From Candidatus Buchananbacteria bacterium (lineage in GTDB: Bacteria > Patescibacteriota > Patescibacteriia > 2-01-FULL-39-33), in contig JAUSEE010000062.1 of assembly GCA_030650095.1 (NCBI GenBank), positions 1 to 62,160 on the forward strand: DNA of 62,160 nucleotides. Reading direction: 5' to 3'. Positions 48,535-56,257 of this stretch are shown one piece after another; position 1 is the stretch's first letter; each line of letters begins with the position of its first letter. The notes under the pieces were generated by a model that was not told the origin of the DNA, searched no databases, and was given only the letters and a program-made list of their open reading frames with translations. The position numbers and the translations under genes are program-made.

Positions 48535-49788
48535 TTATTTCTTTTTCCTAATCAGGCTCATATCTACTATATCATATTTAGAGCTGATTTCCACCTGATA
48601 AACATCTTCCGTCCCGCCACGAATCTTAGCCAGACTTTTTCCCTTTTCCGAAAAGAATTCCTTAAATTTTGTTTTATAGGTGTTGTTAGGGGTTATGATT
48701 TCCACTTCTTCGCCGGCATCAAGAGCATTGTGCGGACGAATATAAATAATTTGTTTTTGCGCTTTCTGTGATTTTTGTGTTTTTATGATTTCTCCGACAA
48801 ATTCCCAATCGCTCATCGCTTTAGAAGTTTTAAACTCCTCCCGATTATAGCTTTCATTGCCTAAGAGAAATCCGGTCGTATAACCGCGGTTGTCAATTTT
48901 GTTTAATTCTTGCTCTAATAATTTTAAATTTTGTTTTTGGGCTTTTTGATTTTTAGTCTTTGGGGTTATTAAATCAATGGCTTGCCGGTAAGCCCTAACT
49001 GCCACGGCCAAATAGTAAATACTTTTTGTCCGGCCTTCTATTTTAAAAGAAATCAGTCCGGCCTTGATCAAATCTGCCAAGTGAGCCATTAAATTAAGAT
49101 CTTTGGAATTCATTATATAAGTGCCGTTTTGATCTGTTTCTATGGGAATCATTTCACCCGGCCGCAACTCTTCTTCCAAATAAACTTTGTAATTCCAGCG
49201 GCAAGGCTGGGTGCATAATCCCAAATTAGCGCTGCGTCCGCTTTGCCAAGCCGAAAGATAACAGCGGCCGGAATAGCTCATGCACATGGCGCCATGGACA
49301 AAAATTTCCAATTCCATTTTAGGAACTTTTTTATGTATCTCGATGATATCTTTTAACGATGCTTCACGTCCTAAAATTATCCGGCTCACGCCCTGCTTTT
49401 GCCAAAATTTAACCGCTTCGTAATTAAGCGTGTTCATCTGGGTGGAAAGATGTATAGCCATTTGAGGCAAAATCTTTTTAACCATGGCCAAAACTCCCGG
49501 ATCGGAAACAATTATGGCATCGGGCTGATATTTTTTTATTTGCTTTAAATATTGGGGCAATAATTTAAAATGGCGATTGTAGGCAAAAATATTAATGGTA
49601 ATATAAACTTTCTTGCCTAATTTATGAGCATAGTCAATGCCGGCTTTGATTGATTTTAAATCAAAATCAGTCTTGGCCCTAAGAGAATAGGCCGGCAAAC
49701 CGATATAAACAGCGTCGGCCCCGTACTTAAAAGCGATTTTTAATTTTTTTAAGCTCCCGGCTGGAGCCAGTAACTGCGGTTTTTTCAT
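48535..49788 (-). CDS. Peptidase U32 family protein
   Basis: U32 signature EIFVHGAMCMSYSGRCYLS. The start is placed at the internal Met (MKKPQLLAPAG). The 63-aa upstream extension in the ORF track looks non-native. Confidence 0.85.
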   Translation of the reverse strand: MKKPQLLAPAGSLKKLKIAFKYGADAVYIGLPAYSLRAKTDFDLKSIKAGIDYAHKLGKKVYITINIFAYNRHFKLLPQYLKQIKKYQPDAIIVSDPGVLAMVKKILPQMAIHLSTQMNTLNYEAVKFWQKQGVSRIILGREASLKDIIEIHKKVPKMELEIFVHGAMCMSYSGRCYLSAWQSGRSANLGLCTQPCRWNYKVYLEEELRPGEMIPIETDQNGTYIMNSKDLNLMAHLADLIKAGLISFKIEGRTKSIYYLAVAVRAYRQAIDLITPKTKNQKAQKQNLKLLEQELNKIDNRGYTTGFLLGNESYNREEFKTSKAMSDWEFVGEIIKTQKSQKAQKQIIYIRPHNALDAGEEVEIITPNNTYKTKFKEFFSEKGKSLAKIRGGTEDVYQVEISSKYDIVDMSLIRKKK

Positions 49789-49873
49789 CTGTCTGGTTAA
49801 TTGGTATGAAACTTGAAAATTATACGATAATATGGTAAAAAAATCAAGCGCCAAGACTTCCAAGGAGAAGAAA

Positions 49874-50065
49874 ATGAACCAAAAACCTAAGTTAATAGAC
49901 CCGGAGAAATTAAAAAATGTCTGTAAACTAGGGCTAGCCCAAGAAGAGTGCCACCTTTTACGGCGACTGGTCCACAACGGCTTGATAGTTTGCGCTCATA
50001 AAACCTACGTGGATATCGGTATAATAAAACCCAATTGCCAGAAAATGAACCCGACCCCGCTCTAA
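49874..50065 (+). CDS. Small Cys-containing protein (63 aa) whose last 7 codons and stop lie inside repeat copy D
   Basis: SD aaggag 6 nt upstream of the ATG at 49874. The ORF ends ...KPNCQK-MNPTPL-stop within the repeat. Confidence 0.45.
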   Translation: MNQKPKLIDPEKLKNVCKLGLAQEECHLLRRLVHNGLIVCAHKTYVDIGIIKPNCQKMNPTPL

Positions 50066-50185
50066 AGAACGGGGTATCTGGGCGGTTTCAAATGGAAGGT
50101 GTCGGCTCCGCCGACGTATTTTTTCTCACACTGCCCTTCATCCCCTGGCTTAAAAGCCAGGGGATGAAGGGCAGCAACATTATAA
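50045..50185 (+). repeat. Structured repeat family, copy D (reference copy, with a perfect 19-bp terminal hairpin)
   Basis: Full-length copy followed directly by an intrinsic terminator. Confidence 0.85.
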
Positions 50186-50191
50186 ACAGCC

Positions 50192-50220
50192 AGCTCGAAA
50201 ATAACCTTTCGAGCTTTTTT
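50192..50220 (+). terminator. Intrinsic terminator immediately after repeat copy D
   Basis: Hairpin agctcgaaa-ataacc-tttcgagct followed by T6. Confidence 0.65.
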
Positions 50221-50439
50221 ATTTATTAAAAACCTATAAAAAACATACCCCCAGCTGGAGGCTGGGGTATCTGTTTGACCCACTAGGCGGGCTAGTAGCT
50301 CACAATTATAGTAATAGAGTGGAATGAAAAAATAGGATATATTACTCCTCCCCTTTCCAAGGGGAGGCCGGGAAGGGGTTTTTGAGGCATCAGTATAAAC
50401 CTCCCCTTGACCCCTCCTTAAAAAGGAGGGGAAATAAAA

Positions 50440-50466
50440 AATAAAAAAAGCGGATTAACAATCCGC
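50440..50466 (-). terminator. Intrinsic terminator of the 280-aa orphan gene
   Basis: Minus strand: gcggatt-gtta-atccgc followed by a long U-run, directly after the stop codon. Confidence 0.65.
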
Positions 50467-51309
50467 TTAGTGGTTATCCAAGTATCCATCTTCCAAATAT
50501 TTGGCAATACGATCAGAATCAAGGTTGAGTTGCTCAACAATATCCCGGCTAATGCCCATAAAATCGGGATCATTTTCTATAGCATATACAATTTCTGATT
50601 TGGTACGGTAATTAATCATAATTTTAATTACCGACCAATGATCGGCCCAAACAGCTGTGGCAACCTTAAGAAGTTCCGGCAAAGTATAGCCATGCTGAAA
50701 ATATTCTAAGATAAAATTTTTACCATAGCCGGCGCCGTCAAGAGCTCTGATTTTTCGCTCCAAATTCCAATCAGAAATAGCTGAAATAATATCCTCTATG
50801 GGAAAATGCAACCGCAGAAGTTCAATAATCACAAAATCATTGCAACCGGTAATTGAGTAAGCCTCCATTGTTTCAGCTATATCACAATCACCATATACCA
50901 AAGATCGAACAATCCTCTGTGGTTCCCAATTACCGGCTTTCATCCTGGCGACAAGCGATGGCAGATCTTTATATAAATTAAAAATGAGTATTACTTTTTG
51001 CTCATCCTCAAATAATGATCCGTCTAAAGCCTGCCAAACCCGGTTGATATCCCAGGAAGCGAAACCAATGAATTCTAATATACTCTCAAAATCATAATCA
51101 TAATCCAAATTCAAAAGTTCTAGCATCTGCCTATCGCTTAATCCAGCCTCGATAAGCACTGGAAAAATGTCGGCTATATTAGCTAATTTATCATAAATAC
51201 AGACATGAAGTGAACTAATTAGCTCATTATGAACAAAGGGTTTTTCAGCCAAAAGCCGTCCGGCATTAACTAAATATTTTAAATATCTGGATCTTTCTTC
51301 GGCAGTCAT
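50467..51309 (-). CDS. Hypothetical protein, 280 aa, helical-repeat appearance, orphan
   Basis: ORF with SD aaaggag upstream. Recurrent short helical blocks (e.g. GLSDRQMLELL, GYTLPELLKVA). No family recognised. Confidence 0.65.
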   Translation of the reverse strand: MTAEERSRYLKYLVNAGRLLAEKPFVHNELISSLHVCIYDKLANIADIFPVLIEAGLSDRQMLELLNLDYDYDFESILEFIGFASWDINRVWQALDGSLFEDEQKVILIFNLYKDLPSLVARMKAGNWEPQRIVRSLVYGDCDIAETMEAYSITGCNDFVIIELLRLHFPIEDIISAISDWNLERKIRALDGAGYGKNFILEYFQHGYTLPELLKVATAVWADHWSVIKIMINYRTKSEIVYAIENDPDFMGISRDIVEQLNLDSDRIAKYLEDGYLDNH

Positions 51310-51384
51310 GACTATCTCCTTTCAGATAGAAGTTTTAAAGGTGCTTACAGCCAAATTGCCATAAATAAAGGCAGCTGTCAATAT

Positions 51385-51423
51385 AAAAACAAATCAGCAC
51401 AGTTTGCCTAAAACCGTGCTGAT
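51385..51423 (-). terminator. Intrinsic terminator of ileS
   Basis: Minus strand: aucagcac-...-gugcugau (8-bp stem) followed by uuuguuuuu. Confidence 0.6.
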
Positions 51424-51446
51424 TGGATATTAAAAATAAAAATTAT

Positions 51447-54400
51447 TTATATTTTTTCCAGTTGAATCTTAATTTCTTCATTATTAATTTTAGATTGAGC
51501 GCCCTCGTTATCTGATTTGATGAATTCCGTAGTGAGAGTGGCTTGCTTTAATTCCTCTAACCATCTTTTATCAGTTAAAATATTTATAACCATCTGACTG
51601 TCACTCTGCCACAAGACTTTTATTTTATCCCCGATAGTCAAACCATTATCTTTCCTAAGGCTGTTAATTGTCCTAACAAGTTCACGCAGCAAGCCTTCGG
51701 CTTTCAACTCCTCTGTCAGTTCTGTGTCCAGTTCCACTTTTATTTCGGCTCCTTTTTTAAATTCCACTTCTTTAACATTCACTTCATCGGCTATTAATTC
51801 TGCTAATTCTTTTGGCAAATCATAACCGGTAACTTTTAATTGGGCTAGCGGTTGTCTTATTTTTATGGCTTTTTCCGCCCGAGCCGCCAGACCCATTTCC
51901 ACAATTTTTCTGACACTGTCCATCTGCTCGATTATTTTGTGATCAGCTTTTTCGGCCTTAGGCCATTTATCCAAATGAACTGATTCTAATTTTCCTTTAG
52001 CCGCCAGATAAACTGATTCCGAGAGAAAGGGCATAAACGGCGCCATTATTTTAGACATTTCTATTAAGACAAAGTTAAAAGTGGAAAGAGCTTGTTTTTT
52101 GTCTTTCTCATCCCCCGATTTAAAGCGATCACGGCTGCGCCTTAGCCACCAAGTTGAGAACTCATCCACAAAATACTGTATCGGCCGAACTGCCTTAGAC
52201 AACTGGTAGCTGTCCAACTCTTTAGTGACGTCATGAGCCAATTTATTAAACTTAGCTATCAGCCATTTGTCCAATATATTCTTGGAATTATCGGCTGGCA
52301 CGATAGAATCGTCGGCATAGAGCTGATAAAATTTTACGATGTTACTAGTTAACATCACCACTTTCTGGAAAGCTTCTTTCACCCCGGTTTCTGAAAAATT
52401 AAAATTTTCCGCCGACATAACCGGAGAAGAAAGCAGATAAAACCGCAGGGCGTCAGCGCCGTATTTCTCAATAATCAAATCAGGCTCCGGATAATTCTTT
52501 AAGCGCTTGCTCATTTTAGTGCCATCTTCGGCTAAAACAATGCCATTGGCAACAACATTTAAAAAAGCCGGCTTATCAAACAAGGCTGTAGCCAAAATCA
52601 TCAAAGTGTAAAACCAACCGCGCGTTTGATCCACGCCTTCGGCGATAAAATCGGCCGGAAAAGTTTTCTGGAACTTGTCTTTATTTTCAAAAGGATAATG
52701 CAATTGGGCGTAGGGCATGGAACCGGATTCAAACCAGCAATCCAAAACCTCTGGTATCCTTTTCATTGGGCTGGAGCATTTGGGACAAGGCAATAAAATA
52801 GAATCCACCACGTCCTTATGGATATCAACTGTCTTTTCGGCCAACTTTACAGTATCGGTATTCTCCAGCATCGGCGAATCAAAAATATTGGCTGGCTTTA
52901 AACCGGCTAATTTTCCGGCCAGTATCCTAATATTATCGCCATGTGAAACCAAGAGGACATTCTTACCAGCATGATTTTTATTTATCTCTTTCCAAAGGCT
53001 AAACATCCTAGCCTCTACTTGAGCCGAACTTTCTCCCTGGGGAAATTGAAAAGTAGATTTTCTTTGCCATTCTTTTAATAATTCTGCGGCTGTTTCATCA
53101 CTATCAGACTGGCCTTGCAACTCGCCAGGATCAACTTCATTTAATCTATCATCAAAGGCCAATTTTATTTTAAGCTCATCGGCCATGATTTCGGCCGTTT
53201 GCTTGGACCTCAACACTTCCGAAGAAATGATTAAATAAATATTCAAATCTTTTAATTTTTTAGCTGCTTGTTTGGCTTGTTTTACGCCTTTTTCGGTCAA
53301 AGGATATTTATCCTTATCATTGCTAAAAACATTGAGTATGTTTTTTTCTGATTCGCCATGACGCATGGCATAGACATTGATCTCATCGATTTTAGATTTA
53401 TCCAATTCCTCGATTGAACCGATAACTTTTATCTCGCCGCAATCGCTACAGCGCCAAACTGGCAGGGGCGTGCCCCAAAACCTGGAACGAGAAATCGCCC
53501 AATCACGCGCATCTTCCAGCCAATGGCCAAAGCGGCCGAATTTTAAATGCTCCGGCACCCAATTAACCTGGCTGTTGTTTTTAATCAGATCTTTTTTAAT
53601 AGCGGTCACTTTCACAAACCAAGAAGAGGTGGCGTAATTTAAAAGAGGTGTATCGCAACGCCAGCAATGAGGATAACTATGCTCGTATTTTTCCTTGGAA
53701 AACAATAATTCCTTGTTTGATAAATATTTGATTATTTCCACATCGGTTTTCTGGGTATCTTCTTTGGGTTTAACTTCCAAGCCGGCAAAACCGTCGCCGA
53801 TATCGGATTTAATCCGGCCGGTTTCATCAACATGCTGGATCAAGGGAAGATTTTTTTCGCTCCCCAAGGCCATATCCTCTTCGCCGAAAGCCGGAGCAAT
53901 ATGGACTACGCCCACGCCATCGGTCGTGGAAACAAAATCAGCCGAGACAATCGTATAAAGATTTTCCTTGTACTCTATGTCCTTGTCTAAAAAATAATCA
54001 AACAGGGGTTTGTATTTTTTGCCTACTAATTCTTGGCCCTTGAATTCAGAAATAATTTTATACTCTTGGTCTTTAAAAACTTTCTCAACTAAATCCTTGG
54101 CCAATATAAATATTTCTTCCTGATTTTTGTGATTTTGTGTTTTGGTATCTTTGTAAATAACTTTAACATAATCAATATCCTCCCCCACAGCCAAGGCCAC
54201 ATTGCCAATAAGCGTCCAAGGCGTGGTAGTCCAAGCCAAAACATAAGTGCCCGGCTCGTCTTGCAACTCAAATTTGGCTGTCACGGCCAGATCTTTGACA
54301 TCTCTGTAGCCTTGAGTGACTTCGAAATTAGACAAGGTGGTTTCGCATCTGGGGCAAATGTGCATGGATTTATAGCCTTCATAAATCAAGCCTTTATCAA

Positions 54401-54893
54401 AAAGCTGTTTGAAGACCCACCAAATGCTTTCCATATACCAGGGCTCCATAGTTTTGTAATCCGCCTCCATGTCCACCCAACGACCCAGGCGGGGAATGGT
54501 TTTTTTCCAAATATCGGCATACCTCAAAACACTTAGGCGACAACTGTTATTAAACTTGCTGATGCCCATGGCTTCGATATCCTTGCGGCTTTTTAAATCA
54601 AGTTCCTGCTCAATCAGATTTTCTATCGGCAAGCCGTGGCAATCCCAGCCCCAACGGCGTTCTACATATTTGCCTTTCATGGTTTGATACCGCGGTACAA
54701 CATCCTTAATGAAACTTGAGGGAAAATGGCCATAGTGAGGCGTGCCAGTGGCAAAAGGCGGACCATCATAGAAACTGAAAACCTCGCCATTTCTGGTGGC
54801 GGCTAAGCTTTTTTCGAATATTTTATTATCCTCCCATGATTTTTGGATTTCCTTTTCTTTCTCGATCAAGGGGTTATTTTTCGCATCAGTCAT
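51447..54893 (-). CDS. ileS: Isoleucyl-tRNA synthetase with an in-frame histidine-phosphatase-like domain insertion
   Basis: HIGH-type PHYGH and KMSKR motifs, CP1 editing domain. Start placed at the Met of MTDAKNN (54893); the 10 upstream codons lie inside repeat copy E. The insert contains RHGES ... SHG motifs. Confidence 0.93.
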   Translation of the reverse strand: MTDAKNNPLIEKEKEIQKSWEDNKIFEKSLAATRNGEVFSFYDGPPFATGTPHYGHFPSSFIKDVVPRYQTMKGKYVERRWGWDCHGLPIENLIEQELDLKSRKDIEAMGISKFNNSCRLSVLRYADIWKKTIPRLGRWVDMEADYKTMEPWYMESIWWVFKQLFDKGLIYEGYKSMHICPRCETTLSNFEVTQGYRDVKDLAVTAKFELQDEPGTYVLAWTTTPWTLIGNVALAVGEDIDYVKVIYKDTKTQNHKNQEEIFILAKDLVEKVFKDQEYKIISEFKGQELVGKKYKPLFDYFLDKDIEYKENLYTIVSADFVSTTDGVGVVHIAPAFGEEDMALGSEKNLPLIQHVDETGRIKSDIGDGFAGLEVKPKEDTQKTDVEIIKYLSNKELLFSKEKYEHSYPHCWRCDTPLLNYATSSWFVKVTAIKKDLIKNNSQVNWVPEHLKFGRFGHWLEDARDWAISRSRFWGTPLPVWRCSDCGEIKVIGSIEELDKSKIDEINVYAMRHGESEKNILNVFSNDKDKYPLTEKGVKQAKQAAKKLKDLNIYLIISSEVLRSKQTAEIMADELKIKLAFDDRLNEVDPGELQGQSDSDETAAELLKEWQRKSTFQFPQGESSAQVEARMFSLWKEINKNHAGKNVLLVSHGDNIRILAGKLAGLKPANIFDSPMLENTDTVKLAEKTVDIHKDVVDSILLPCPKCSSPMKRIPEVLDCWFESGSMPYAQLHYPFENKDKFQKTFPADFIAEGVDQTRGWFYTLMILATALFDKPAFLNVVANGIVLAEDGTKMSKRLKNYPEPDLIIEKYGADALRFYLLSSPVMSAENFNFSETGVKEAFQKVVMLTSNIVKFYQLYADDSIVPADNSKNILDKWLIAKFNKLAHDVTKELDSYQLSKAVRPIQYFVDEFSTWWLRRSRDRFKSGDEKDKKQALSTFNFVLIEMSKIMAPFMPFLSESVYLAAKGKLESVHLDKWPKAEKADHKIIEQMDSVRKIVEMGLAARAEKAIKIRQPLAQLKVTGYDLPKELAELIADEVNVKEVEFKKGAEIKVELDTELTEELKAEGLLRELVRTINSLRKDNGLTIGDKIKVLWQSDSQMVINILTDKRWLEELKQATLTTEFIKSDNEGAQSKINNEEIKIQLEKI

Positions 54894-54897
54894 ATTT

Positions 54898-55038
54898 TTA
54901 TAATGTTGCTGCCCGAGTACCACTGGCTTTTAAGCCAGGGGATGAAGGGCAGTGTGAGGAAAAATACGTCGGCGGAGCCGACACCTTCCATTTGAAACCG
55001 CCCAGATACCCCGCTCTTTAGAGCGGGGGCGGGTTCAT
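54898..55038 (-). repeat. Structured repeat family, copy E (forward orientation on the minus strand, 4 nt upstream of the ileS ATG)
   Basis: Full-length copy. Its 3' end ...gcagcaacattataaaaat abuts the ileS start codon. Confidence 0.85.
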
Positions 55039-55221
55039 TATCTATTATATCACAGTTATTATGGCATTTTTTGATTCACCCTGTTAAATAAGATTTAAAT
55101 ATATTTAAATCTTATTTTTAAATTTTAGTTGTTTAAAAATTAAATCTTTTAAACGATGGAATATAAACGAAATGCTTATATTCGTATTATATAAAATTTA
55201 AAAATTATTAAACAGGGCAAA

Positions 55222-55487
55222 TAAAAAACCGACATGCCACCAAGAGCCTTACAAGGCGGTACCATCTCGGGATTATACTTGTTTTAAAAGCTGTAATGGG
55301 CTAACCCAGTCGGTTCTAACGGCAGATTTGCTTTCTTCCGACAGCTGCTTTGATGATAGTCAAAGTTTATCCCGTTAAAATACTCAGTAATTGAATTTTA
55401 ATCATTAAGGCTGAAACAGGATTGCCCCCAAATATAAACAATTAATAATATTATTTAACTTGGGGTCATATGCTTTTTATAAATTGT
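55222..55487 (-). promoter_or_regulatory. T-box leader (Ile) upstream of ileS
   Basis: Minus strand: ccgaga-UGGUACC-gcc-uuguaa-ggc-ucuugg forms a textbook antiterminator with the 7-nt bulge UGGUACC, followed by a U6 run. Candidate specifier AUC-A is in the hairpin loop cuuuga-CUAUCA-ucaaag (55365-55348). Promoter is TTGACT-17-TAAAGT (55522-55494). Confidence 0.65.
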
Positions 55488-55599
55488 ATTGTCACTTTAC
55501 TAGATTACGGTATTTTAGTCAACTGCCATTAAGACGCTATTTTAATTTACTAAGTATTATAAAAAACGGGCTTAACCCGCTTCTTATTTTAAAATTATT

Positions 55600-55794
55600 C
55601 TATTCTTCCCAGCTGATGGCCTGCACCGGACAAGCGACTATGGATTCATCAACTTTATCCTTATGGAGAGCGTAATCAGCTTCCTTGACCACGGCAATAA
55701 TCCTGTCGTCCTTCTCTTCCATTTTAAAAACTTCCGGACAAATTGATTCGCAAGTACCGCAACCGATACAGCTGTCGTTGACGATTGGCTTCAT
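55600..55794 (-). CDS. Ferredoxin (4Fe-4S)
   Basis: CIGCGTCESICP plus a distal C..CP motif; 64 aa. Confidence 0.85.
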   Translation of the reverse strand: MKPIVNDSCIGCGTCESICPEVFKMEEKDDRIIAVVKEADYALHKDKVDESIVACPVQAISWEE

Positions 55795-55835
55795 ATTTAA
55801 AAAAGTAATTATTTATTAATTCTTGATCACTGATT

Positions 55836-56240
55836 TTATTTATCATTGGAAGGAAAAATTTTATTTATCTTATCAACTAATTTAGACGGCGTATAATCGG
55901 ATTTTATCAAGTAATCTTTGGCGCCCAATTTCATGGCTTTTTCTATTTCATCTTTCTGGGTTAAATTGCTGAAAATGTAAACCAATGTCTGGCTGACAGA
56001 TTTATCGCCTTTTATTTCCCTTAAAACCTCATAACCGTCTTTTTTAGGAATGATTAAATCCAAAAGAACCAAATCCGGCTTTAGAGATTTAACCAGATCC
56101 AAAGCATTAGATCCGTCTTCTATGACCTCAACTTCAAAACCAGCCCTTTTTAGAGCTGTACTGAATAATTCCACCAGTTCCGGCTCATCTTCAATTAGAA
56201 GTATTTTATATTTTCTAGCCATAGGCTTATTATACACCAA
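55836..56240 (-). CDS. Response regulator, receiver domain only (CheY-like)
   Basis: ILLIEDE, DLVLLDLIIPKKDG and a conserved Lys region. An alternative start at 56222 (MARKYK) is likely. Confidence 0.85.
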   Translation of the reverse strand: MVYNKPMARKYKILLIEDEPELVELFSTALKRAGFEVEVIEDGSNALDLVKSLKPDLVLLDLIIPKKDGYEVLREIKGDKSVSQTLVYIFSNLTQKDEIEKAMKLGAKDYLIKSDYTPSKLVDKINKIFPSNDK

Positions 56241-56257
56241 TTAATTATACCTATAAA

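Noticed and set aside
49789-49977. 63-aa N-terminal extension of the U32 peptidase ORF.
   Set aside because: The extension is hydrophobic or odd in composition and unrelated to U32 proteins. The conserved protein starts at MKKPQLLAPAG (49788), and the region more plausibly holds the divergent promoter and start of the small plus-strand ORF.
51393-51423. AUCAGCAC in the ileS terminator stem as a fifth instance of the orphan-leader motif.
   Set aside because: Here it is one arm of a simple terminator hairpin and lacks the following CCUU. Probably coincidental, and mentioned only in the related finding.
54894-54923. Upstream ATG (54923) listed as the ileS start.
   Set aside because: Those 10 codons lie inside repeat copy E. 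The Met of MTDAKNN at 54893 matches the usual IleRS N-terminus.
55320-55345. SRP-RNA-like motif on the minus strand (GUC-GGAA-GAAAGCA, resembling the domain IV GNAR tetraloop and AGCA symmetric loop).
   Set aside because: The 5' side lacks the conserved AGG, and I could not draw the long closing helix. The region lies inside the ileS T-box leader, where it is better explained as a leader hairpin.
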